Source: Leidyana gryllorum EB-2025a
Taxonomy: Eukaryota > Protista > Apicomplexa
Direction of reading: 5' to 3'
Length of the DNA: 43,319 nucleotides
Assembly: GCA_048772705.1 (NCBI GenBank)
Contig: JBLWGC010000221.1
Coordinates: 1 to 43,319, forward strand
Made by a program: the position numbers and the translations under genes. Each line of letters opens with the position of its first letter. Positions within the stretch are counted from its first letter, which is position 1. Under the pieces are notes generated by a model that worked only from the letters and a program-made list of their open reading frames with translations, was not told where the DNA came from and made no database searches. Below, in pieces: positions 1 to 9,777 of the stretch.

Positions 1-2505
1 AACTGTGGCCGCCAGCTGGTCGTACAGATCATTGGCCTCTGCTATAGTGTAGCTCGGGAGCGGTGTGTACGACCGCGAGTACCAGTGAACCACCCAGGTC
101 GTGTTTCTCCAGGCCCACGAGCTCTTTCCGGCGGCGGTCGCATTCTTAAGCTGACTCCCGTTTCCACCCAACAGCTCGACAGCCAACCCAAACAAAGGAT
201 TCCCGTTCTTCACTGCCTCCGACATTACTTCAATACTCTTCGCAGTCATTGGATTTTCCTCGGTGAACATCACTGATCGCGCCCTAAAGTAAGTCTTCGT
301 TGGCTCTTTGTACTTTCCGAGTTCCCGTGTGTTCGACACCTTGCGTCCATCGGGTGTCATATCCGCAGCCTCCACCAGTGATCGCCCGCCAAAGAAGTCT
401 TTCAACTTCTCCATCAATTCCTTAAGCGACTCGCTCGACATCCCGACCGGTTCGCCGGCGTCCAACAAATCCACAATCGAAAGCTCCGCCGCAGCACGTA
501 ACATGTCGCCCTCATCGTAGAACGGGAACGGAGGTGGTACTTTTGCCAAAAATGGTGCCAGTGCCAACTTCGTCTCCTCCACGCTACCGATGTAAGCCCC
601 CTTCAACATAACTCCCACACTGGTCGCTGTCAAACTGAAACTCAGCTTGGGATCGATCACCTCAGCAAACTCTGTGGAGGCCTTCATTATCACAGGGAAC
701 TCCGCAGCCAACCAGTAGAACGACAAGGTACTCACTACCGGCGGTGCCTTCAGCATCTGGACATACAGTTTGGTCGCAACCCCAAAGTTACCGTTCCCAC
801 TCCCTGCCATCGCCCAGAACAGATCTGGCTCACTGCTCGGAGACGCGGTCACGATACGCCCATCGGCCAGAACCATCTCTACTGCAGTCAAATAGTCCAC
901 GGCCAAACCATATTGCCGAGTAAAGAACCCGTAACCCCCACCCAGCGTGTGGCCTCCCGACCCAAGTGTGGTACAAGCACCGGAAGGCAGGAAGTGCCCT
1001 GTCAGTAGCAGAGTCCAGTACCAAAATACACCCAATTGCATTCCAGCACCAAACGATCCCCGCCCGGTGTCAGAATCAATATACCACTGTGACAGATGAC
1101 GCAGATCAATCACCACCGCGTCCTCATTGCCATCGGTATAGCTCGCATAATCATGTCCACCAGATCGAGGGATCACATGATACCCGCCCTGTACAGCACA
1201 CTTGATGGCCTCTGATACCTCCTCTGTCTCACGCGCCATAACTACAGCAGGGGGGTTACCCGGACTCATCTCCATGTTATAAGGTACATTCCAAACATAG
1301 TATGCCGGATCGCCTGGGAGGTACACTGTGGTTCCAATGGCCCTCAAACAGGCAGCCAGATTCTTGTCGTTGCCGAGCAGGGGGGCTGTTGTCTCCCCGT
1401 TGGCCTCGATGGTGGGCAGCTCAACAGCATCATAGGTCCGCTCCGAGACCGGTCTCAGTGTCATATGGGTCACTGGGAGCGACGGCAGAGTTGGACTGGG
1501 CCGTTGAGTCACCACAAGCATCGTCTCCACAGTATCACCCGTATCCGTCACCGTAGTCTCCCGAGAAAGTGTGTCGGGCGGCGGCATCTCTGTCTCTTCT
1601 GTATCGTCCACAGCAAGTTCCGAAGTAGAGAAAGTGGGCTGAACGAGTTCAATGGTGGTCGTTGACGGGTCAGGTACATCGCCCTGCCGAATCTTTGAAA
1701 TGTAGTCACTCAAGTAATTGTAGAACATTGAAGCCTGACGGTCCAGATTGTACACATGAGACTCATCCTGACCCAACTCGCTATTAACCCACTTCCACAC
1801 AGAGGTCACGCGACCCTCAGCTCCGTCGTCATCAGTGATGAAGAAGAGTACATGGGCGTGTAGCTGCTGTAACACAAGAACAACATCTTTGTAGCTCGGG
1901 TAGTCCTCTCCGATGCACCGAGCCGTCCAGTTGCTCCATTGCGCTTCGCCCGACCAAGGAGGCAGTGAGGGATTTAAAGACCCGTCTTCTGCGAAGTGGG
2001 GCTCAGAATCAGTCATCAAGACTATAATCTTCTCAGTTTCCTCTTGAAAGATACCAGCTTGCGCCGCCAGTACCAACGCTCCGAACTGATTCTCCCGGGG
2101 GTCACCGCCACCTTGACTGTTCGCCGATCGGTACCAGTTCCGAATATTCCTCCAGTCGATTCGCGGCTGCGCTTCAAACTTGGTGCAGTAGTCACGGTAA
2201 CCATTGTAGCGGCCATCATTGCCGTTGGGCCAGATAGGTTTGTCTTGAAATGACACCAGGCCCACTTTGAGCGGCCAACCCATCTCATTGATGAATGCAT
2301 CAAGACGGACGAGACCTTCATCCCCAAGAGCTCTCAGATGCTCGTCATATCCATTGGTCATGTCTTGGACAAGAATGACTTCTGTGATCCCTGCCTCCCG
2401 ACTGTTCCACTCATCCTGATCCACACGACTCATGAAACCCAAAGGATTCCATGCCCCGCATTCTAAAGGTAAGAGGACAAGTAGAGCATTCCATAGCAAT
2501 TTCAT
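1..2505 (-). CDS. Secreted integrin-beta-like VWA domain + FAD-dependent (berberine bridge enzyme-like) oxidase fusion; 3' end outside window
   Basis: Manual translation from ATG 2505: signal peptide MKLLWNALLVLLPLECGA; VWA motifs VILVQDMTNG, VGLVSFQDKP, GGGDPGENQ, IIVLMTDSEPH, EDYPS; T/P/E-rich linker; then RSGGHDY (~1150-1167), PSGACTTLGSGGHTLGGGYG and DLFWAMAGSGNGNFGV. Frame reaches base 1, so it is absent from the ORF track. Confidence 0.85.
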   Translation of the reverse strand, partial: MKLLWNALLVLLPLECGAWNPLGFMSRVDQDEWNSREAGITEVILVQDMTNGYDEHLRALGDEGLVRLDAFINEMGWPLKVGLVSFQDKPIWPNGNDGRYNGYRDYCTKFEAQPRIDWRNIRNWYRSANSQGGGDPRENQFGALVLAAQAGIFQEETEKIIVLMTDSEPHFAEDGSLNPSLPPWSGEAQWSNWTARCIGEDYPSYKDVVLVLQQLHAHVLFFITDDDGAEGRVTSVWKWVNSELGQDESHVYNLDRQASMFYNYLSDYISKIRQGDVPDPSTTTIELVQPTFSTSELAVDDTEETEMPPPDTLSRETTVTDTGDTVETMLVVTQRPSPTLPSLPVTHMTLRPVSERTYDAVELPTIEANGETTAPLLGNDKNLAACLRAIGTTVYLPGDPAYYVWNVPYNMEMSPGNPPAVVMARETEEVSEAIKCAVQGGYHVIPRSGGHDYASYTDGNEDAVVIDLRHLSQWYIDSDTGRGSFGAGMQLGVFWYWTLLLTGHFLPSGACTTLGSGGHTLGGGYGFFTRQYGLAVDYLTAVEMVLADGRIVTASPSSEPDLFWAMAGSGNGNFGVATKLYVQMLKAPPVVSTLSFYWLAAEFPVIMKASTEFAEVIDPKLSFSLTATSVGVMLKGAYIGSVEETKLALAPFLAKVPPPFPFYDEGDMLRAAAELSIVDLLDAGEPVGMSSESLKELMEKLKDFFGGRSLVEAADMTPDGRKVSNTRELGKYKEPTKTYFRARSVMFTEENPMTAKSIEVMSEAVKNGNPLFGLAVELLGGNGSQLKNATAAGKSSWAWRNTTWVVHWYSRSYTPLPSYTIAEANDLYDQLAATV

Positions 2506-2731
2506 GTCTTGAAAGTCTTATTCTTGCAGCCTAGGGAGGCGATCTCGCTGTCTTACTAAACTTGGTGGACGTAGGATGGAAGGTCACTGCCTTATAGGTT
2601 CTAATCTCAGACAATCCACTTATCGAAACAACGCTCAATAATGAATGTTCGAACGTGTGTGGTGACGTCGAAAATAGTGATTGTGTCTCCTTCAGGTGCG
2701 TTGAATACTAACCAATGGAGTGATATTGCTT

Positions 2732-4260
2732 TCAAATGACAGAGCTAACGGGCTTTGAAACTACTCGGCTACCAGCTTGCTCAACGGCCGTCCGGGCAGC
2801 GTCTGCGAAATCCTGTACATAGGTAACCTTCAAGCCGGTCTTCTTTAATGCCGGCGAGTTCACAATATCTCGTGCCTTGTCAGCATTATTGCCAACCAAT
2901 CGGATGACCAACGGAATCTCCATTTGAAGCTCCTGTGCGGCCTCGAGCATTCCTGATCGCGAGTGTTCGTATTCGAACGCAATGTTAGGACACTCAACTT
3001 ACCTTGAGCCACCACATCGCAACGAGTGATTCCGCCAAAGATGTTGACAAAGATCGCTTGGACTTTAGGATCTTGACTGAGCAGTTCGAAACTCTTCTTG
3101 ACTTGTTCCTTGGTAGCCCCACCGCCCAGGTCGAGGAAGTTTGCCGGCTTCCCACCATTCAAAGCGATGACGTCCATAGTGGCCATGGCCAAACCGGCAC
3201 CATTGACGAGGCACCCGATGTTGCCGTCCATGGCAACAAAGTTCATGTGGCACTCCTCGGCCTCGAGCTCCCGCTGATCACGTGTGGAGGTATCTAAGGG
3301 TTGGCAGATTGATTGTGTCAGGCCACTAAGCTCCGAACTCACCCTCCTGTGTGAACAATTCTTTCTGACGGAAGTAGGCCGAGTCGTCAAAGTTGAGTTT
3401 GGCATCAACGCACAGAACTGCAGATAAGTGAGTGAACAGGGAGCGGTTTTGATTCGGGAGAGAGTACCTCTGTTGTCGCTGGTGATTGCAAGAGGGTTAA
3501 TTTCAATCTGTGACGCATCAGATTTCTCAAAGAGTTCGTATAGCTGTTTGACGAGTTGCTTGAGTTGTCGTCTGAGCTCGCAATGAAGTTTCTTGCGTTG
3601 TAGGGGCGGCAGATTGAGGGCTTCTTTGGGGAGAGATGCTTTGACGCTGGGCAGAAGTGTCTGTGCGACAGCTTCAAGATTGTCCTCGGTGATCCCTTTA
3701 AGGATGTCTACAGGTTCGACCTCAATGGCTTCAGGGTTCTTTTCGGCAACCTCCTCGATTTCCATTCCGCCTTCTCGAGAGGCCACGATGACGGGTCCTC
3801 CTTTGGAGCGGTCGAGAATGATGGCGAGATAGAATTCACGATCAATCGAGACTCCCTCGGCTAAGAGGAGTTTGTTGACAAGCAGACCTTCTTTGTCGGT
3901 TTGATGGGTAATTAGGTTATAGCCGATCATTTGTTTAGCTACTCGCTCGACTTCGTGTGGCTGTTTGCAGAATTGGACTCCGCCTTTGAGCCCACTGGTC
4001 AAATGACCTTTGCCGCGTCCGCCAGCAAACACTTGCGCTTTGACGACAACAGTTTTGACGCCTTGATCGATCATTTTCTTGGCCCCCTCACGAGCCTCAG
4101 CGGGTGTCGAGGCCACATATCCGATCTGAGTCGGTAATCCATATTTGTCCATCAGCTCCTTGGATTGGTACTCATGAAGGTTCAGGAAGCGCCGCCCCGT
4201 AGTGAGGCCCAAGCCGCTCATCAAGTTGCGAGCGCGGGACGCGACAGAGAGGGACATCAT
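2732..4260 (-). CDS. sucC: Succinyl-CoA ligase beta subunit, mitochondrial (3 introns)
   Basis: LNLHEYQSK, KAQVFAGGRGKG, EINPL, GCLVNGAGLAMATMD, ANFLDLGGG, VNIFGGI. GT-AG introns 3418-3467, 3294-3342 and 2953-3002 restore one frame. Arg/Ser/Leu-rich transit peptide. Confidence 0.95.
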
Positions 4261-4916
4261 GTTGATTGTCAGTGATCGGTCAAGCGCGACTTGGTGATCA
4301 GTGGGGTCGCCAACAACGATTCGTAGCGCAACACAGCAGAAGCCCACCAAAACACAGCGAAGAAATTAGCAAAGTCTATTGGGAGGGAGACGGGATAGTT
4401 CACTGAGCAGAAAAATCCGTCTCTCGACGGAGATCTAAAAGTGTTTTCTGACGATGGATCGGAAGAACTCAATATTCCGCCATCCGATTGATACAGAGAG
4501 ACGCGGGTGGATTGGTAAAGAATTAGAGTAGTTTGAGCATTCTTACGCTCAAACACGTTTGGCGGAGCTTTTCCACGAGCCGTTCGTTGCAGTTCGCATA
4601 TGCCTTGCGGCTGCATCTTGGCAAAACACATTGAACTCGATTGCTCTGGTTGCCCCACTTACTATCACAAACTGGCACTATTCCCCTCTCAAGTCGGCAG
4701 ACTTTTATTGGTGGTTGAGTGTGTGTGCCCCAGGGTTGGGCGTAATCTAAGTTCTCTCTCGATGTCGTATTTGACCCGGCACCTGAGGGTCCCGCCGAGA
4801 GCCCCAAAACACAAAGTTGAGACGATGCACAAATGTGGGCAGTCATGCGAGAGAAGGGGAGTGATATACTCTGAAAAATACGAAGTCTCTCTCTATTCGG
4901 GTATATTCCTTTGATC

Positions 4917-5348
4917 TTAGGTTACGTCGAGGGTGATGTGTATCCGGCCGACATTGCCTCCTCGGCCGTTCAGCAGCTGCAGATCAAAGGAGTTTTGGCC
5001 TAATAGGTGAAAATTAGTGCTAACTGGAAGTCGGCCTGTGAACTGAGTGGCTTTCCTAATGGGTGTGAGATCCAAAACGGCGGTGCCGAGCACATTGTCC
5101 TTTGCCAATGGCATCGCATCAGCGACCACGAAGGTTAGAAGCAGAGGTCCATTGAATGAAAAACCAGTCAAAGTTTCCTCCCAAATGGGATTAGATCCGC
5201 CGCTAAGGTTGATGGTGGTGGAAGCTCGATGTTCGCCTTGTGTAACCACAACATAAGAGTCCTTCGAGCGAATGGAGGGAGACGTGGGGACGGAACTACT
5301 TACCAGCGACCGCGCAGAGTCCCTTTGCGAGGGTTTCTGTCTGGCCAT
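4917..5348 (-). CDS. Small C2-domain protein (5' end uncertain)
   Basis: DSYVVV, GGSNPIWEETL, DNVLGTAVLDL and GRIHITL are C2 beta-sandwich motifs; probable short introns (gtaagt...gaag; gttagc...ctgcag, 48 nt in frame). Confidence 0.7.
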   Translation of the reverse strand: MARQKPSQRDSARSLVSSSVPTSPSIRSKDSYVVVTQGEHRASTTINLSGGSNPIWEETLTGFSFNGPLLLTFVVADAMPLAKDNVLGTAVLDLTPIRKATQFTGRLPVSTNFHLLGQNSFDLQLLNGRGGNVGRIHITLDVT

Positions 5349-5522
5349 GCGAAGTAGAAAATCTGTTCTGGTCTGTTGGTGCTCACACTATATATACATT
5401 GCTCTTAGATGCACCTACGTTTCTACGGTAAAGAGGCTTTGCTCTTAGCCCTTCGGCCCGGTGGATAGTGATAGTGAACTGCATGTCTGTAGTCCCAGAT
5501 TTCAGGTCAAAAGTATAAGCCA

Positions 5523-6362
5523 ATGAAAAGTTCGCTGCTGATCGCATTCACAGCTGGGGCCTTCAGGATCGACGTTGACGTAGTCGAACCCTTATCAGCC
5601 ATCCCGCTGGATGCCACAGTAGCGCTGCAGTGTGCGGGGGCGGGCGGCTGCCAAGCTGAGTGTAATCACTGTGAGCCGGTAACGAATGGCGCTGAATTAG
5701 AAGACTGTCTACGCGACCTACCCGGCACCTGCCGGATACCGGCGGTCGTTTTGCACAACGCCAACCAGTATTTGTACAATTGGTGTGCCCAACCACGAGT
5801 TGGATGGGTGTTCTATCTACCAATAGCTGCCATCGAAGTTTGGGAAGTAATTGGGCAAATTCAAGTCCCGTCCGATGCCTACTACTCCGGCTGTGGCCAT
5901 GGAGAAGTGTACGGGGGGAAGGCATCCATGGAGGACCTGCTCACATGTCGCTTCCAGCCCTACAATGTCGTCCCTCTCCGCGGTGTTGGCGAGCCACCTC
6001 TGCAGTTCTCCATCAATGAGATTTTCGAGACCTTCCCTTCCATAAACTCCAACACCACCTCGGCATACAAGGCCGTCAGAGTATTTCAAGAATGTGCTGA
6101 ACGCCCCAGCTATGTAATGCTCGCCAGCCTCAGCTACACAGGCTACTTTTACGGAGCCCAACCCATACCCACCACAACTACAACGACAACCACCACACCT
6201 TCCGCTGGAGGGGGAGGGGAAGGCCCTGATGATGGATCTACTGACCTCACTAGTGAGGATAGTAAAAGGGACGATGTGAATCCCAACTTTCTATTAATGC
6301 TCGGTAGCTTATCGCTCATCTACATGTACACCTTCCTTGTCGCCGGCCTGGCTAATTTGTAA
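5523..6362 (+). CDS. Cys-rich surface protein, probably GPI-anchored or C-terminally membrane-anchored
   Basis: N-terminal hydrophobic signal, ~10 Cys, poly-Thr stalk, hydrophobic C-terminus. Confidence 0.7.
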   Translation: MKSSLLIAFTAGAFRIDVDVVEPLSAIPLDATVALQCAGAGGCQAECNHCEPVTNGAELEDCLRDLPGTCRIPAVVLHNANQYLYNWCAQPRVGWVFYLPIAAIEVWEVIGQIQVPSDAYYSGCGHGEVYGGKASMEDLLTCRFQPYNVVPLRGVGEPPLQFSINEIFETFPSINSNTTSAYKAVRVFQECAERPSYVMLASLSYTGYFYGAQPIPTTTTTTTTTPSAGGGGEGPDDGSTDLTSEDSKRDDVNPNFLLMLGSLSLIYMYTFLVAGLANL

Positions 6363-7335
6363 CACAACAGTACCAACATGTGTAACGAATGCAGATAGGC
6401 CGAGGTCATCCACACTTGTTTCGGTGCTAAGGAGGGATCCCACCCCATACACGCCACCACTAGTATCAAGTTGTGGATCACCAATACAGTGGCATTCAAC
6501 ATCAGTACCCCACCCCGCATATCGACACACGGGACCAATACAAATAACAGACCCACAGCAGCCGTCAGCATTCGACTTGTAAACCTGTCGGGCCACAAGA
6601 GTACTTTCGTACACAGCCAACTTACAGCAGCACACGCGGGTGTGTCGTCGTGTCCAGTGCAGCAAACGGCATACCAGCGAGGACAGAATGGGAAGCCAAG
6701 GATGGCGCAGTCAAAAATAGAGCCAGTCCGATCGCATTCCCTGTGAGTGCGCCAGAGCTCGCAACCAAGAGGTGCAAACGAATCATTTCCTTACATCGCA
6801 GACTGTTCACTGTGTTAAACACACACGCGTGTGCTCCCAAACAGGCTCACCAACAAGACTCTGCACTCCGCTTTGGTAATACTCCACGAGGGTAAAAAGG
6901 ACCTCTGCGTCTTAGAGAACGAGAAACCCATCCTAAGCCGCCACATGTCGCAGCAAACAATAGGCAAGTACCCACAGCGTCCAGATGCTGAGGTCCGATC
7001 TTCGCACCCTCGGACCAAGCCATGCAAAGTCCGAAGCCAAAAGCACAGCCACGACTTATCGCAGATAACGCAGGTAGCATCCCTGCGGCATAAAAGGATC
7101 GGCGCCATCTTGAGCTCCCAACTTCAAGGGCGCTACCGATCGCAATCATCAATGATAGTACAGTTACGATAACGCGCTTCCAGTAGTCACTAAATGTGTC
7201 ACTTGAAGCTAATACGAACGACTGAATTACGGCTGACGCCACTGCTGATAGCGACAGGAAGATGCAGGCACATACATATAGGTTTGAACATAGCACAGCA
7301 TGGGCAGTGTAACGGCGTTGAGCTACCAACATCAT
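6320..7335 (-). CDS. Multi-pass membrane protein of unknown function (spliced, model uncertain)
   Basis: Three hydrophobic ORF segments separated by gtgagc...acag and gtaagt...acag intron-like pieces; one phase not resolved. Confidence 0.4.
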
Positions 7336-7860
7336 CGGGCAACTTTCCCCAACAATCTGTGACCTAACAACATTCGGTAGTTGACCCAAGGATGAATGGC
7401 AGCGAATTGGCGCGTCGCGTCCTGACCTCCGAACTTCAGCAAAATCGAACTTCCTCCAGGATGTACTGCCAAATAATCGGTGATATCGTATACGTCGTCC
7501 CCCAGAATCATCCAGCAATCATCCAATTTATTATGCCTCGCAATCTGTAAGGCGGATACTGACTGATAACTGCATACTGTGCTCACCTCCGCTAATGTGA
7601 AACTTGGCAGTTTGCTGCGGTCAATTTTGTTGATCCCCACCACGGCAGCCGCCGGCGTTAAGGAATTAGCACTTGAACGTTCAACAAATGCGGCTTGACT
7701 TAGTGCTGTGGACTAAATGATCGGCCACCAGACAGAACTTTCTCATCCTACCACTACGGTTTGCCCTCGTAGACTGCTTTCGGAGCTCTGCGGGTGGCAG
7801 AGGAGGTCGAAAGCTCACCGGCGGGTCGCCAAGGACATCATCGTCAGGAATCGTGTCCAT
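7332..7860 (-). CDS. Cytochrome b5 heme-binding domain protein
   Basis: FTLAE|IARHNKLDDCWMILGDDVYDITDYLAVHPGG...GGQDATRQFAAIH; 42-nt in-frame intron after LAE and another intron upstream. Confidence 0.85.
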
Positions 7861-8382
7861 TAAAAAACATTTTGTGTCCCTACGCAAAGTTGTCAATATC
7901 TACCCAGATCGTACATGTGACGAGCACACCAGTCCTCCCAACTAAGGCGACTGTTGCCTGTGGACGCTATTTCCATGAGAACGCAATATTCTGATTCCAC
8001 ATGCCAAATATGACACTGAGCAACAGTGCGCCTTTCGTGTGTGCATTGAAGTGATGGAAGTCATCCGGATGCAAAACAGAGGGTGTGTCAAGGCCGGTTG
8101 TGTGCTATCTTTCGGCCTTCGCAGTCTCCATCCCTCGAACGTCGAGCACCTGACTAGTTTATACCCACTTGGGACACATGGTTGAGGCTAGCTCTTAGAA
8201 GGTGTATTGGCATGCACAACGAGTGCAGTATATGTGAGCGCTTCTGTGGTGACACTAGAATGCTTGTGGTCAATGTGCAATTGCCGGACCATTTGGCGGT
8301 GCGGAAGTGTGTGTTGTGTGTGTCTCGATAGTGAGGGATCATTTGTTGGTTGACGATGTTTTTATTGGATCAAAAGACTGAT

Positions 8383-9036
8383 TCAGGCTGCAGGATCCTT
8401 CTCTTTGATGCGGCGCTCTCGTTCGGCAAGTTCGGCAGCCACACGGGCTTTCTCCTCTTCTTCGCGTCTGACTCGTTCGGCATCATCGACTTTGCGTCCT
8501 CGAATATCAGCAGCTGAACGATCTAGTGTGTGGCTCATCAGGTCATCAATATCCTCGAACGAGCGGCGACCCTCGATTCCACGACCTTTACCTTCCCTAT
8601 CGAATCGATACTTGTGGGCACCTGTGTACAAATCTGTATCGGTTTGTTTCTGTACCCAGGCCTCCTTGCTGAACTCCTGTTGTGGGTGGTGTTGTGGAAA
8701 AATGTGTGTGAAATAGCGGCTTACCGTTACGTTGGTCAACTTGGGACCTTCCAGTTTTTCAACTGCCTCGAGGACTTGAGCCTCATCTACTTTCTTCCTG
8801 GCTGCCAAATAGCGGAGAGCTTCTTGGAATTGCTCAAAGGTCAGAGTGGTTTGCCCTTTGCCTTTGAATTTGGTGAAGACCAGATCCACATCCGTTTTCG
8901 TGAGCTTGGCATCCACGAGTCCTGCATCCTTTGTCAGTTTGGAGAAGTTAGCACTCGTCAGGGCTGTGGTCTTGTTATGGCCTCGACCAAGATTGGCATA
9001 GGTCAGAAATATATCTCTTAACTTATCACCAGACAT
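8383..9036 (-). CDS. p25alpha/TPPP tubulin polymerization-promoting protein
   Basis: NFSKLTKDAGLVDAKLTKTDVDLVFTK, LTFEQFQEAL, YTGAHKYRFDREGKGRGIEGR, LDRSAADIRG; 48-nt in-frame intron 8677-8724. Confidence 0.9.
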   Translation of the reverse strand: MSGDKLRDIFLTYANLGRGHNKTTALTSANFSKLTKDAGLVDAKLTKTDVDLVFTKFKGKGQTTLTFEQFQEALRYLAARKKVDEAQVLEAVEKLEGPKLTNVTVSRYFTHIFPQHHPQQEFSKEAWVQKQTDTDLYTGAHKYRFDREGKGRGIEGRRSFEDIDDLMSHTLDRSAADIRGRKVDDAERVRREEEEKARVAAELAERERRIKEKDPAA

Positions 9037-9060
9037 TTATGTGTACGGAACATGCACACA

Positions 9061-9758
9061 TTATTCTTGATCGAGGGGCTCGACACTGGATTCCGCCGCC
9101 GCAAAGTCGGGGAAGAGCTCAGCGAATCGCTCAGTTTGCAAATTGTACTCCATACTCTTTATAGCGAGTGTCTTTCTGGTTTCGTCAGAGCTGACTACCT
9201 GTCCCACAAAGCCTCCCGCTTCTTCGTCGGAGCAAAGCATAAATGAGATCAGGCCCATAACAATAGTATCAGCGCGCCATAGTGGATTCCATTGACTCGG
9301 ATGGTAATCTGTCATATTCAGACAGATTTTCATATTGGTGCGGAAACGCCCTGATGCAATATAGAGAGGTTGTGGGAGGAGGGCGGCACGCACCGTTTGG
9401 CGTGATTACTGCAATACTTGGTGGACTCCATGGATAGTCCTTGGGGAATGTGATTACTCCACGGTATACCCCCTGCCAGAACGGCGAGTCTGAGGGCAAA
9501 TTGAAGCTGTGGCAAGCTCCACATTATTACATATGGAGCTCGTGTAATATCTTACATGAGAAAATGCCATCGCAGAATGCATTGGGGATCTGGAACGAGG
9601 CGGTACTGAACTTGGTTCAGAGTTCCCTTCTCGCGATGCTCTTCGTAAAGCGACTGATGAATCTTGAACTCTTGCATCAGTCGTCGCATAGTCAGCGGAG
9701 GGACTTCCTCATCCTCTCTGGAGGAGGTATTAGGTCCCTTTGTGCCGTCTGATACCAT
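9061..9758 (-). CDS. UBC6: Ubiquitin-conjugating enzyme E2, Ubc6/UBE2J type (2 introns)
   Basis: GVYRGVITFPKDYPWSPPSIAVITPNG|RFRTNMKICLNMTDYHPSQWNP...MGLISFM, with catalytic Cys; no C-terminal TM helix seen. Confidence 0.88.
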
Positions 9759-9777
9759 TTACTCCCATAAAAAATAA

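Noticed and set aside
85-2327. Short ORFs listed in the track over 85-2327
   Set aside because: Shadows of the long minus-strand VWA-oxidase frame
7880-8380. Small plus-strand spliced gene (similarly 4350-4900)
   Set aside because: Could not assemble a consistent frame or recognise any motif
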